Shown here in pieces: positions 36,001 through 50,110 of a stretch of 64,000 nt of DNA. Numbering within the stretch: the stretch's first letter is position 1; each line of letters begins with the position of its first letter. Origin of the DNA: Paraphysomonas bandaiensis (lineage: Eukaryota; Protista; Chrysophyceae); NCBI GenBank assembly GCA_965644295.1, contig CBFFRP010000169.1, positions 62,001-126,000 of the forward strand, written 5' to 3'. The notes under the pieces are model-generated. The model saw only the letters and a list, made by a program, of their open reading frames with translations. It did no database searches and was not told the DNA's origin. The position numbers and the translations under genes were made by a program.

Positions 36001-39000
36001 ACATGTACTAACATCGACGCATTCGGCTCCATTCCTCCAATGGGCTGAACATATTTCACAATATCCGATACTAAAGACACCTCCTCACGAATTAATGTAA
36101 TTTTTGGAGTGGTATAATTGTTTCCTAGGACGGGAATATGTGGTCCAATCGAGCCGGCAAAAATAAATTCGAATGCTGACAGGGAATATTGCTTCGGAGC
36201 TCGCAGTCCTAGCTCGTATGCATCGCCATCCCATGTCACAATCCAGGAGTTGTTTAAGGCGTCGAGAACTGTTGTCGTAGCCCACAAAAACGAATAGTCC
36301 GCCAGGGTCAGAACAATGATATCGTCCTGCAGTATCTCTGTTGTCGTAATGATTTTTACAGTCATGTCCGATTGGTGGCCACTGTAGGGTGATTCAAACT
36401 CAATAGATGAGGATAGAAATGGTCCAATAGGAAACACATCAAAGTGCACTGGCCCTGTGTTGCTGAAGGAATTATTCCACTCTACGCTAAAATACTCGGC
36501 TTCGTACTGGACAACTACTTGCGGTCGCGTGATACCGTACTCAGCAGGAATAATCCAGCGTAAATCCAAGTCATCAGAGTCATATAGGTCATTTATCGTA
36601 AGAAGTAGAGTGTTACTGTCAGAATCGTAGGCTACGTTGGTATATGCGCCACTGCGGCCTCTACATTCGACAGATGAGTTTGTACTAGATATATTGTCAG
36701 TGCCGTACAGATGCACACTGAAAACATCGCCACTTCGCACAAATGTATTTACAGTAATGTCAATGATAATTTCAGAGGAAACTAGTGAGAACAGCGCTTC
36801 GCTGTATTGCAAGGATGCAAATAATATCGTAGGAACAACAGACACTCTATGAACAGGAGTAACAGGAAGGTATCCCCGAATCGTGTCGACCGAAAAATAG
36901 ATGATATCAGTAAGATCACCACTTGGAACACCTGACGCCTCCATTGTAAAATGGCTTAACTGATCACCTGATAGTTCCAACTCAAAGGTGGTATCATTGC
37001 TTATCGTCGTTGATGTCGAATAAAGAAATGTTTTGTCAAATTCCGTCCATGTGACAGAGCTATTCATATCGACTTCCCATCTTTCATACCTATGCGCGTG
37101 CAATAAAGATGGTATAATAAGAGTGATGTTGATAGGCCCTTCAATGTCATACGTAAAGTTAACTGAAAAGCGTAATGATGATATTTTATTCGTTGGACGA
37201 GTAACGGAGATAAGAAATGACGAATCACTTACACCTATAACTTCAGTAAAATCCAAAACTGTAGTTGCATCTAGCGTCCAGTTTGACGCCTCCACAGTGA
37301 AATATGGAGCAATTCGAACAGGCGCAGTGCTTGGAGTTGCTACAATAATCTTGCTACTCTCAGAAATGCTCACAGTATACTCCGCCGGCTTCAAATCAAA
37401 GCACGATATCAGCTGCACCGCGGACTCATTTAACCACATCGCGTTGAAAGCGTGTGAATACGGCCCAGTTAGAATCAATGGAGCAACAGTATATCCTGAC
37501 TGATTAACGGCAGAAAGCCATTGTGAATGAGCAAGTCTGAATTCCGGCATCCAAACAGTGATTGTGGAATTGCCTGCAATTTCTACGTTTGTGTGGAACG
37601 AAATGGTTACTTTTGAAAAGGCTCGCGGAATGGGGTTGTGAATAACAAGAGAAAATTGCGATATAACAGTCTCTGTAACAAATCCGAATAAAGATAAATC
37701 AACTTTTCCATTGACGCCATGTATTTCATACTGAAATATGTTGCGATCCAATATAGCTCGGTAAGGTAAAAATAAACCAAATGATTTATTAACACTGGCG
37801 TCCACACAAGAGTAGGGGTGTAATGCTTCGGTGACTGTGATAAGCAATGTTTCGCTAGCAGCACGCCACGCCACAGAATAACTCTCATGTATGGATGAAA
37901 TATTCACCCCCCCGTTACTCATGAATGACGGCAAGGTTATAACAATTTCATCACCAACCTCCAGAGTCATACCAACACATATAGTAACATGAATTGACAC
38001 AGCATCTCCAGGTAAAGCATCAGCAGAGAAAACAAGTGAACTGTGACCAACATGAGGAACTGGGGTCACCGGTGTTCTCTTTCGAGAAATTTCAGAGCCC
38101 AGTACATTCCTGTGTTCAAGAGCAATACCATGGCTGTCTAAACCGAACTCAGAAATGTATAGCCCATTACTTTCATGGAGAGCTAACTCATAAACACCAG
38201 CTGGAATAGTAGAATTGGATTGTAACACAATAGCATTCGTGGAACGAATATTGTATCTGAAATTAAGAACCCCCTCGCCAGTGATAGTTACTCTTTCGGA
38301 ATTCAGAGGATACATACACTCAGAAAATGAGGGCGCGATTAAAATCTCATGTGACGCAGGTTTCTGGCTTGATATGAGATATTCTTTTCTATCTGAATTG
38401 TCCGTCACACGCTGAACACTTAAACCCAGCTGTCGAAGACTTTCAATTTGGTCTAGCTTTGCATGGAGGGACATCACTCCTTCGAGGGAACCACCCACAG
38501 CAATGCACGCAGTTGTCCACCCACCGTATCGCAGCTGATACTGTTGTAGTGCGATGTCAGTGTCGCCCTCTGGCACGTTGCGCAAGTCTATCACAATTTT
38601 CCACACCCTCGTTTCAGTTTGAGCAACGGCATTATTCAGTACACTCCCTGTGTTCAGTGGAATATAAACGTCTTTATAAACAACAGGTCTGTCGTAATGA
38701 ATTCCAAGCTCAAATACTCCAGTTGTCACGTCAGAACTCCACCACTGATCATTCTTAAAGAAGAGATTATCGTCAACTACAGTAGTCGCCACTTGAGGCG
38801 CATATAGCATATGTGAATTCACAACATCTTCGATCAAAATACTGTTATACGTCGAACCAGAAAACAGAGTTGTCAATGACATTGGATCATCTATGAACTT
38901 CTGTAAATCCCTGTGAAAGACATCTTCAGATGCATTGAATTCTACTGTCACGCCTCCGTCCTCTTGGTTATATAAATATACAACATGAAGCTTTTCGGAA

Positions 39001-42000
39001 GCTGCAGAGCGAAGATGAAAGTTCGCAAGAGGTAATATTTTTTCCATGTCGCCTCCGTTTCTGGAAACAATTTCCAGTGGTTTGACTGCTGTAGAATCTA
39101 TAGTTATCTTTGTCTGTACACCAACACTCGCCATGGAACCTGGAACAGGAAGAGTAACATCTGCAACTATAGTTGGGCGCTGGGAATATCGATACACGTT
39201 TCCTAACGATGTGTCCAATGCATCAATATAACGGCAACTGACGACAGCACTCCGGGAATACTGCGAAGCAATATATAGAAACTTCAATGTATCTGTGTTG
39301 TTACCATCATAAAAATGTGCAACACAATCAGTATTATCTCCACTGAGTACAAGTCTTGTAATTCCTATGGAGCTGACTTTTCCGGAGAAATGTACTGAGA
39401 GAATGATGGATGCACCAGGGGAGTATACACCTGCTGAAACGTTCGCAGATACACGAGTAACAAACGGCTGTGAATTAGATATTGCATAGCTTTCGCGGAG
39501 GAGCAAAGAACCAGCCGAAGAGTCCCTTGCAAGTACGATGGATGCCGGTATATTTCTGTCACCTGATTCTATTACTTGTGCACCATCTGCTAGTCGAATT
39601 AACGTTCGATTAAAAAAATCTTCACATGTACAATACAAACTCAGTCCAGACAGCAAACTATCTTCATCATTTATATTGTACGAGAATACTAATGTGGTGT
39701 TGTCTGTTGACGTATTCAGCAGTCCAGCAACACCAGGTTCGCCTGACGGTTTGCCAACTTCCAACAGGATCGAAAACTGTTCAGCAATGGTCATATTTCC
39801 GGGTCCAGGGGATGGATAGACGCCACCAGAAAAGTGAACATAAAGCAATATATCATCACCAGATGTATAGACGTCATCCTCATTCGCTTCACCGGGCACC
39901 ACAGTAATACCAGTTACATAAGTACCATCACCAACCCAACTTATGTTGTGGGGAATCCGGACAGCAGATTCAGGTATAACTTCCTCAATGTCAATTGTAG
40001 GATGCACTGCATACCTTCTGATGAAATTGAATTGGTTTCCCATTATGATCCGCAAAGGCTGAACAACCGTACTTGTCGAGTCGTTCACACGTATTAGGTT
40101 CCGCGATGAGTAGACCATATCACCTTCTTGAATGGTATAGGAAAATGTGAGGGTATCTGACCCCGCGCCATAGAGATACCGTGCAATGGCAATATCTCCA
40201 CTAGGCTTTTGCAGTAATAGTGCTGGGGAATTTACAACACCTGTGCTAACAAGGACCCTGTGTGAAAACGTAACCTGAATGTCGATAATATCACCAGCGG
40301 TATAAGTTCCGGGAGCCGAGGATGAAGATACACACGTCACAATCGGGCGAGTGGAATCAACATACAACGCTCTTCCATTGTCAAATTCGGGTAGATCTCT
40401 ATTAAGATGAACAGATGGGTTCGACGAGTGCCGTAAGAGTTTGTCATTTTCAGTCAACAACGACATTGGTTCGGTTACGTGGGTGCTAGATGTCGTATTA
40501 TGCACATCAAGACCATACGATAAATCCCCCTTGCGCGCAGTATATCGGAATATCAACTCTGTGGTGTTAGAACCGCTTAGGTAATATGCTGGACGGGTGT
40601 CAGGTGTATATACATATGTCACGGGCAGGCCAAATGAAATCACTTCTCCATCATAGACTTCTTCAAGTTCAATTATATCAATGTTCACACTCCTTATAGT
40701 GTACAGAACATTGCAAAGTGTAATTGTGGCACCAATGTCATCATCATTTAGATTGTGCCCAGGATAAAGCAGAACTCGATTGCTATACAAACCCGAGCTG
40801 TCCGGATAAGTCACGGCGTCCCACGCATCAGATGCAACAAAACTAACAGCAGACATCGCCGGAGCTGGAATCGTCGTCATCCCACCAAGAGTAGTAGAAA
40901 GAACCGGAACATTAACAGATGCCGCACTGATAGTGTATAGCAGTAACTCTTCAACAGAGATTCCCGTCAATGGAGTCAAGAGGGTTCCACTGACTATAGT
41001 CGTTCTCACATCAGTCAAAGACGGGACTCTACGAATTACTGTGAGTACAACACTTTTACTTGAAGGGTTCCATGTCCCACTAAAATAAGAAGCCCCAACA
41101 CCCTCTAGAGAAATTGCAACCGTAGAGGTACCGCCAGATACGAGAGAAAACCTCGGCAGATGAAGAGTCACAGCATCTCCAACAAGAAGTTCATCAGAAG
41201 CCGCCAACGTCACTGTAACCGCAGAAGTAACGCCAGGACGAGGTAATTCAACATCCACAACTTTGTTGAAAAAATGTCCAACCGGTTGGACATTAAGAAT
41301 ACCTCCAGTAAAACGCGAAGAATTCGTCCCGACAAGCTGCAGTGTCAGTGCTATTCCTGTTCCTAAACTGTCGATGCCACCAACAGGAAGAGATATACCA
41401 TTGGACTCATGAATGTCAAAGCTAAGAAGTTGAGATGAAGATACATTTGATATGATTGGGATATTTACAATCAAAGTATTGTTGAGGGGATCTGCAGCAA
41501 TAGTTATATTGCCTGTATAATCCACCCCTGTACCATAAACATCTAGCAATGCCGAGGTATTGCGATTCCTCGTAAAACCTGTAAGGTTGAGCAGAACAAC
41601 ATCACCAGCCGTTAAGTCATCAACAGCTGCAAAAGTCAATGAAATTGAGGTGACATCTCCACTAATAGCATTGTTAAAGCTAATCGACGACGATACCATT
41701 CCAATAGCACTGCTCTCTGCGAAAGGAGTTGGATCTATTGGACACATATCAGATACAGATGTGAAGGTAAAAGTCCTATCATTGGGATAGTATATATCGG
41801 TCATAAACGTCAGTTCAGATGACAAAGCTGTAAAATTAAGGTTTCCTATTGGTATATCCTCGTTCAGAGCTAATGACATCGTCGATGACGTACTAATCCA
41901 AGTTCCAGATATATTTAAATAGTCAGAATTGACTAGTAGAGGATGATCAAATGCACGCAGCCCAGGAACAAATATATCTATTGTATCTCCTGCTGATAAA

Positions 42001-45000
42001 GCGCACAAAGCAGTGAAAGAAAATTGGACAGATATTGAATTGCTCCAGCGATCACTAACGAAAGAAATACTTGAACCTTGCAAAGAACCAACTCTTGTGT
42101 AATTACTTATTCGCTGTGCACTCATTGATGCCTTCGCTGTCGATACAATAGATATCGTAGAGCGAATAGTGTCGGCATGCACACCACTTACAGGCAGAAC
42201 AATATCGAAAACCTCAATAGAAAGTAGTGTGTATGAGGGAACTGGATATATACAAGTGAATAAAAGAGAAGCTATATTGGACTCCAAATCAGCTGAAACA
42301 CCTTCCACTGAAAACTTATCTTTGTCCGACCCATAAATGTCACGCGGACCATCATCAACTCCGTACTCGTATAAACTAATATGAACAACATCTCCAACTG
42401 ATAGCGCATTCGAAATCTGAAATACAATAGTAATGTTTGCAATTTCATTTGGACGTTGTGGAGACAATATTATTTCAGCGGCAGTGAGAGTGCTAATTGG
42501 TTTCACGGTCAACAGTGACCCGCTTATGTTACCAAGGACAGCACTGGACCAAGACATGTCAAACATATTCGATTCACTTCCAATTCCTGTATCAGGAAGT
42601 CGAAGAAGAATGTCTCGCGGCAGTTCGAGAGAAAGATCACGGGTGCCTATCGATCCCGTGTTGTTATATAGTTCAATCGCCAACGTCAGCTGTTGTGTTG
42701 AAATATTCCAAACACCTGTGACAATCACATCTGGGTGATATACCGAAAAATAACTTTCACTATCTTTCTCAAAACCAATCAATTCAAACACAAACACATC
42801 ACCGTGATGCACATCAGCACTGAAAGACATGTCCAGCGAATAGTCAGTTGCAAAGCCGGCTTTACCTACTGATGCAGAGAGTGTGGCTACACATACACCA
42901 ATGCAAGGGAGAGAAACAGTGGCCTCAGTGGCGAGCACTGGGTTCAACACATTTTGAATAATTGATATTGCTCCAATGCTTGCATTCGTAAATCCTGCTT
43001 GAGGCAAGTAAATTGGATTGTATCCACTGGCGTCGACAGAAAACTGAACCAGGCCTACATTGAGAGCCCCAGAGAGAACGAAATCAAAAGTTGAATTAGA
43101 TGCAAATAAACGAGAAGCACCCGGAAGTGAGGAACTGATGTTGGAAACAGAATCAGGTCCCTTAACGCCAGGTATCGTCAGGTAAATTAAATCTCCAGCT
43201 TGAATGTTGATATTCGACCAGAACATGATATCTATTGTCTGAAGATTTGCTATGTCATCAAAAGTGAAAGTCGCATCTGCATCGCGTATCACATCAACTC
43301 CATTAACTCTTGAAAAATTCTTCTTTTCCGTACTAATCATATCTGTAAAATCAATGGAATAACAAAGCAAGGATGAATTTTCATCAACTCCAATATAGGG
43401 CAATCCCACACCCTCAAACACAATCGTGGTCAATGACAGGGCTGGCAAGTCATTTCTGGCGGTGAGTCTAATCGCGTCGTGGATTAAATCAGCATCCAGC
43501 GAGAAATTGCCACTTCCACTATCGCTACTTATAACGACTGCCTGCAAGTCAAAATCAGGAAGGTATATAGATATCCTATATCCCGCGAGTAGTAGGCGTT
43601 CCGGTTGAAACGTGAAACTTGCATTTGCCAATTCATTAACATTGGTACCTTCAAAGCTGATCTCAGTGCTCAGCAAATTCGGATCAATGTAGACCTCACC
43701 CGGAAAGTCCATTTTGGCATAGAGAGCACCGGAAGGCTTTGCATTACTGTTGACTATTGTCACAGTCACATCACCGGATGTCCCAGTGAAAGTCAACCCT
43801 TCAACTATCACAGTAAAGGCGTCTGTTGCCGTAATATTCATTCCCATCGGTACCATGGATGACATAGTGATATCTGTCCAAGTCGTTATTAATCCACCAG
43901 AACTGATCCTGGCAGTGATGTTGTTGTTGTATGCACCAATTCCATTGAATACAACAATCAACATATCAGTTGACACAAGATCATGACTAAATGTCAGACT
44001 AAAACTAGCTGACAACTCTTCCGATACTACTGCGGTTGAATAAGAAGCGTATGCACTGCAGAAGCCAATACAAGGGTTCGACACTGCAATCGAGTCCGCC
44101 AACCCATTGACAGATTCAATACTCATAGTCACAGAACCGTCGTTTGTCTGCATCCCATTCGAAGGTAAAAATAGCCCAGGGTTTGAGGAGACAGATATAG
44201 CGACTGGTGATCCATCAGCAGTATAATTGCCCTCCAGAATAAATTCGAACCTCTTTTTCAAGCGGTTATAGCGTGCCTCCATATCTATTACACTAGTAAC
44301 ATTGGAGCCGTAAGGGTCTGCCCATCCAGGGCGATTGAAGTAAGGAAGGTTAAGAACAATTACATCTCCAGTTGCCAAATCTTCGGATATCGTAAAAGAA
44401 AGTTCGATACCAACTTGTGCGCTGCCAATGACATCAGTTGTGACTATCATGCGAGGGGTCGAAATGGGAATTACATACTCTGAAAAGTACACATCCGTGG
44501 CAGAAGATACTTGGCAATTTATTGACGAGATCATAACAGCAAACGTATCCACACCTTTCTTAATTCCATTTGAAGGAACAAGTATTCCCGCACTGGAAGA
44601 CACACTGAGACTAACAACAGTATTTTCAGTGACCATATTTTCCGCCGTAAACGTTACTACACGATCTGTGACAGATGCAGTCCAGTCAAGAACAGGCTCA
44701 CCGTCACTCAATAAGAACGCTGTTATATCTCTTGCAGAATTAGTTTCAATGCTTCCATCTGGAGGAAGAGTAAAACTAACAGTATCTCCAGGAGATATAG
44801 CATCTACACCAACTGTCCACTGAAACTCAACCCCCGAAGTCGCACCAGGTAGGTGGGTATCATATACCACTGATGCAAGTGGGTTCGAGCATATGTGACT
44901 TATTGAAGGAATGGGCATTTCGTACAAAACACCGTTGTACGTCATGCGAGCGTCAACAGTGACGGTGTCAGAACCCACTCCCGTACTGGGACAAACAAAT

Positions 45001-47310
45001 GACAGGTAATCGTTAATGTTAATATCAAACAGTAAATCAGTGCTTGACCCCGTGAAATTAAGCAAAAGAGTCGATGAATTCGAATCGAATTCAAAATCAA
45101 AAAGCGGATGTGCAGATGAGAAGTATACTGAGGGATCCACAAGTTGGAATCCTCGTAAGTGCAAGTATATTTCATCTCCATATACTAGTGTCTCAGGAAC
45201 AGCAAAAGATAAATGCAAGACCACAGCAGAACCAGCAGTATAAGGTGTTATAGATAATGACATACTGGAGAATGATACAGCGCCGATATCCATAAACCCC
45301 AAATCTGTTGTGTTGAAAAGTGCTGAGGTGACGGAGTACGACAAGTCTGACGACGCAGCGACTACTCCATATGAACTAACCCTCACGCCAGACCGACTCT
45401 GCACTGTCAATATGATATCTTCAAAAGGAGCGATGGTACCATTAATCATATGAAAAGTTATACTGGATGTTGTAGTGTTCCACTCTGAATCGAACAACGG
45501 AGCATACTCGTCCTGGCTGTAGAGGTAAAGGTCATCATTGCTCATTCCTTCAAACAGTGGCAGCTTAACTGTAATGAAATCTCCAGGGTACAACATCCAA
45601 TTCAGTCGCCATTGAACAGTAATTGCAGACACATCACCCGAGGTTGCGCGATTATATATATCTTCCTGCCCTAAGGGTGCAGTACGTACACGAGCGCCAG
45701 TGTGCGTTGCAGCCATGTTCTTGACCCAAATTACGGGAGTCCCAACAACAGTTACCGCATAGTCATAACGCAACAATAGATCAATGTCATCACCTGCAGT
45801 ATAGTTACCGGGTGCAGAATATAATTCAAAGTCCAGAACTAAAGGCGAGTTGGTGTCCACCGCGATATCCTTGATATACGATAGACTATTCGCACTACCA
45901 ACAGGTGGGAGTGTGACATCTGCAGCACTGGCATTGTTTACTGAGAATCGGTATATCTCCCCATCGTCAAGCACCAAAGCACTGGTGCTTAAATAGTCTA
46001 AATCTGCGGCAATATCTCCCGCTGCAATGTAGTATTTGAAAACCAAAGTTTTTTTGTCGTCGAGCAGGGAATCCACGTATGCCCGGCGAAAGATTTGTCC
46101 AGGCTTGAACAGAAGATATATACCGGTACCGTAATATTTAATAGGAAGGTCAAACACTACATAGATAGTTACACTATCTCCCTGAGTATACACACCATTT
46201 GCATCAGGGGATGTTACATAGGCTACAGTGGCAATATCTGATGTGATAATAATGTCTCGCACGTGTCCCAAACTGCTTGGACTGGAATCCATATACCGAT
46301 ACGCCGCACCGAAAGCAGGAACTGCAGTAGATACGTTTTCTCCAGTTATAGGAGAAAATATGTAACCCTGCAAAAAGTCAATTGAAGCCACATTGAGATC
46401 GTCTACTAGGTCTCCGTCCCTTACAGTATAGTAAAATGTAAGCACGTTGGTGCCTGCTCCACTGACGTAGTACGCTGTCCCATCTCTCTGTTCGATACCT
46501 CTCTGTACCTCCACTGCAACATCGGTTAAGTTCACCACATATTCATTATGAATACCCATCAGGCGGGCCTCTACATTACCCTGACTCAGACCAGACCTCG
46601 GATCATCGTACCAGTTAAGTCGGTCAAATTGAAGTGACGGGACATCTCCGTCATACTGTGGAAACGACACATCTTCGAATGTTATTGTTACAGTATTTCC
46701 AGTTGGTGTGCAAATCGAGTTTCGCATGGTGTTTTCCTCACCACTGCTGCTATAAGATACAGTGACTTCATTAACTCCGTCCAAAGCCTCTAACTTATAC
46801 TTGAACGCGTCTTGTGTAGTGTTCGAATCAATAGTCATGATGAATTGATTTTCTAGCCGCAGAGCAAAGCTACCTATATCAGAAGCACAACTGAATTGCT
46901 GGATCTCCGGAACAAAACAATCCTCGGAGTGACACCCAGTATTTACGGTTAGAGATGGTACTCCGGAAACATTCACTGGAGATGTGAACTCCAGCGTCAA
47001 GACAACCACATCCCCGTTTCCATATATACCATCATCATTTTCCGAATTAATCTCCTTCAATTTTGGGGGAAGTTTTCCATATACACTCAAGTGCTCCTCC
47101 TCTACGTCAATATTTAAGCTCGTGAAGCCACCAGGAGAAATATCAAACTGAGACTTGAGTTGAATAAGCTGCAATGAAACTCCAGTCAATACATGTATAA
47201 ATGCAAACACTTACACACACCTGAGTTTGATCTTTATGACCAACGACTTGATATCTTGCTGCATTGCATACAGCGAGTATCACGCAGAACACAAGGCAAC
47301 TGTACACCAT
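24057..47310 (-). CDS. Giant secreted repeat protein (~7,716 aa) with beta-rich repeats, YHYH domain, P-domain/F-type-lectin-like and Big_9-like modules; exons 47310-47221, 47168-28808, 28756-24057
   Basis: Signal peptide MVYSCLVFCVILAVCNA. Two short GT-AG introns (52 and 51 nt) join the 6136-aa and 1564-aa ORFs in frame (DGFPVYG|NMGPSG). YHYH signature CGGH..GVYHYH..HSPQIGWALDGFPVYG..LDSCNG spans intron 2. Confidence 0.88.
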
Positions 47311-47915
47311 TTCCAGATACCCACAAACAGCCTGCTTAATTCAATGGAGATTGTTCAGATCTCCAAATCTTACAATACGAATCTAACATAAAGTTTCCTA
47401 CCCATTCAAGCATAAGAAGGTCAACTAGATTATATATCTTTTCTTTTAAATGGTGGGCAGTAACTCGATTAAGCTTTACGCTTATTTTCAGTCGTGTCGT
47501 TTCAATATAAAGTAAGATGAAAGTCCGTTGTTGCTCCATACATCCTAACTGCTGCTCCTCCTGCAGATATTCACACTATTTTTCATACATCTCTGGAAAC
47601 AAAATTATGTTTTTTTCTTCGAAATTTAGGGATATTTAAAATATTTTTATACATGTTTTTGGTAGGAGCTACAATGAAAATCCATTATTTTGAACTGTCC
47701 ATATACCAGACTTGGAAGCCCAACTATTAAAATAATTTGAACTGCTGCTCATCACAACTGCCATCATCTATTCCTCAACTGTAAACCAAAGCTTGTTGTA
47801 TCAAGTAATTATCGTATCTGTTGATAATCTTGTTATCTGTGTTCCTTTTGACTGTCTCATACAGTTATTTAGTGCTTGTTATAGCTGTAGAATCATCTAT
47901 TGACAGAGTGGCATT

Positions 47916-48633
47916 ATGATCAAAGACGAAATTGATCAAATCACTGCTAATTGCGATTATTGCGAGGCATCTCTCACTCAAATGAAGAAGGATTTAATTG
48001 CTTATCTTAGAAGGAAATCAGGTTGATTGGGTCTGTTATACATATATTGCACTGTATTAACTGTGGCTTCAGCTGAAACTAAGGAAACTGCTGAGCTGTC
48101 TAACATGCTTCGAAATATTGCTTCCACGGAGCGAAATAAGAAACTCCAAAAGAGTATGTTCTCAATTGCGTCCACATATGGTGAGCTGGATAAATTACTG
48201 CCGAATTACAAGCAGTGCGAGTCACAAACTGCCGATTTATTAGCAGAAGCACGCACTTTTCTGCTTGCTCCTATGAGGGTACGTGGACGAAATAGAGCTC
48301 AATGTGTGTTAATTTATTTCACTGTAGGAAGTAGTTTTAGATAGTAATCAGGCCCTTATCAAGAGAGATGCAAAAAATAATTTCGATGGCAACACACATT
48401 TGCAGCAAAGGACCCTCCATATGGAGGCCATATTGCCAGTACATAGGAAGCTATTCGAGAAACATAGGGTGAAGTACATGAAAGGTATACTGAAAAATCT
48501 GATATATGCAGAGTTGCAGTATCATTGCAGATCGATAGAACTACTCTCTCCTCTTTTCCAGTCGTTGTCTGAAGTGGATGAAGAGTATGACCCTAACTCA
48601 AACGAAGCTGTTAAGCTCCGTGTTCAAGCTTGA
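47916..48633 (+). CDS. FAM92/CIBAR-like BAR-domain protein, 3 exons (5' end uncertain)
   Basis: Helical protein. C-terminal FEKHRVKYMKGILKNLIYAELQYHCRSIELLS resembles the FAM92 C-terminal helix (FExQKxxDxKxIxxxFIxxEMxFHxKALE). Introns at about 48022-48072 and 48279-48327. Confidence 0.6.
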
Positions 48634-49372
48634 TGTAATGATTTCGTGTATGCAATTGTAAACTATTGGTAAATTATATAATTGAAATTATTATTATGAC
48701 TTTGTCATGGTTTATATTACGGTTAAAAGAGTTTCAGTTTCATCAGTCCAGTTACTAGTCGCTAATGGTCGAGGATGTACCAGTCAATCACATGCTGATT
48801 TTATTGTTTCTGCATATTAAAGTGACGAAAAATAATTTACTACATTGCTACAAATAGAAACCAAGTACAAGCTGTATCAGGACCATATATTGCATTAAAT
48901 GTAACCATAAGTACGACTGTTATAGGCATGGGTGGTAACTCTTACCCAGTAGAGGGCACACCTCTTACCTCTTGTAGTAATTATGAGAGACTAGGTTATG
49001 TTTACGAAAAACACTCCTAACAGTGCCGGTAGTGTGGAATAAGATCAACTAATCCTAGTTACTATTTCCAACACGCAAGTTCTTGATCACATAGTGACAG
49101 ATAATACTTAAGAAGAGCATTACTGAATAATATTTTAAATTATTTATGTAATATCAGAGATTCTTTCATAACAGTCAATTCTTTCATAATAGTCGTAGTA
49201 TTTCAAATTTAAAATTACACTTCAGGTAGTTCCCTTGAAGTGGTTGCGGCATTTAAAAATATATGAACGTTTAAAAATATCAGAATAAATATTTGAGTGA
49301 TCGAAAATAAGTCAGTAAAATATACCAAACATTACGCGATACAGCGTATGGCGTAAATACCAATAGCATTCA

Positions 49373-50110
49373 TCAAATGCAAAAAACCTTCGAAGATGCA
49401 TTATGTTTCCAAAACCTCATAATGCTGACCATTATTCTATTTATCTTCCAACTGTTGAGTTGCGGAGGCTCAATATGTCTTTCACTTTCAGGAGAACTTC
49501 TCACGGTTATTCGTCGCGTGTGATCTCTGTAAAAGGAATTGCTTGATTCCGAGAGAAAATCACAGTCAGCAGTGTCGTCATCAGAATCAAGACTGCAATG
49601 TTGCGACATTGTTTGTTCGAATGAATGATATTCCTTTGGTGATATTTCAACACCAAAGTTTAGAATTTTCAACACCACGACCTCCATTTTGTTCAATCGG
49701 TTCAATGTAGATTGAACAAATACAGAATTAAAGTCGCTGTTTACCATTGATACATCATCCCATACTTTAGAAGAGATCATCATACACACCCCTAAAACTG
49801 AACGCCAATTGCTCAAATTCAGTCTCAGCTGACCATCGGTATTTCGTTCAATACGTTTAACGTATATCATCGCAGGTATTAAGCAATTGGATTCCATTTG
49901 TGTTTCCAGCATTACCATCGATATATAATTCCTGATGGAGGACAGCAGCAAGTGATGACTGGGCTTAAGCCCTGTGGTGGGTACATCGTCGAATATTTGG
50001 TATTTCTCAGGTGTAGTGCGCTTCTCGAACTCAGCACAGTGAATCATTTCACACATGTGTTCGGCCACAGCACATACATTATCCCACTCATGCATCGCTT
50101 GGTGACTCAT
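49373..50110 (-). CDS. Cyclin Y/PHO80-like cyclin-box protein
   Basis: CLIPAMIYVKRI...NWRSVLGVCMMISSKVWDDVSMVNSDF...LNRLNKMEVVVLKILNF. Confidence 0.85.
   Translation of the reverse strand: MSHQAMHEWDNVCAVAEHMCEMIHCAEFEKRTTPEKYQIFDDVPTTGLKPSHHLLLSSIRNYISMVMLETQMESNCLIPAMIYVKRIERNTDGQLRLNLSNWRSVLGVCMMISSKVWDDVSMVNSDFNSVFVQSTLNRLNKMEVVVLKILNFGVEISPKEYHSFEQTMSQHCSLDSDDDTADCDFLSESSNSFYRDHTRRITVRSSPESERHIEPPQLNSWKINRIMVSIMRFWKHNASSKVFCI

Noticed and set aside
24141-45243. Numerous 60-150-aa plus-strand ORFs
   Set aside because: They are antisense shadows of the giant CDS with no recognisable motifs.
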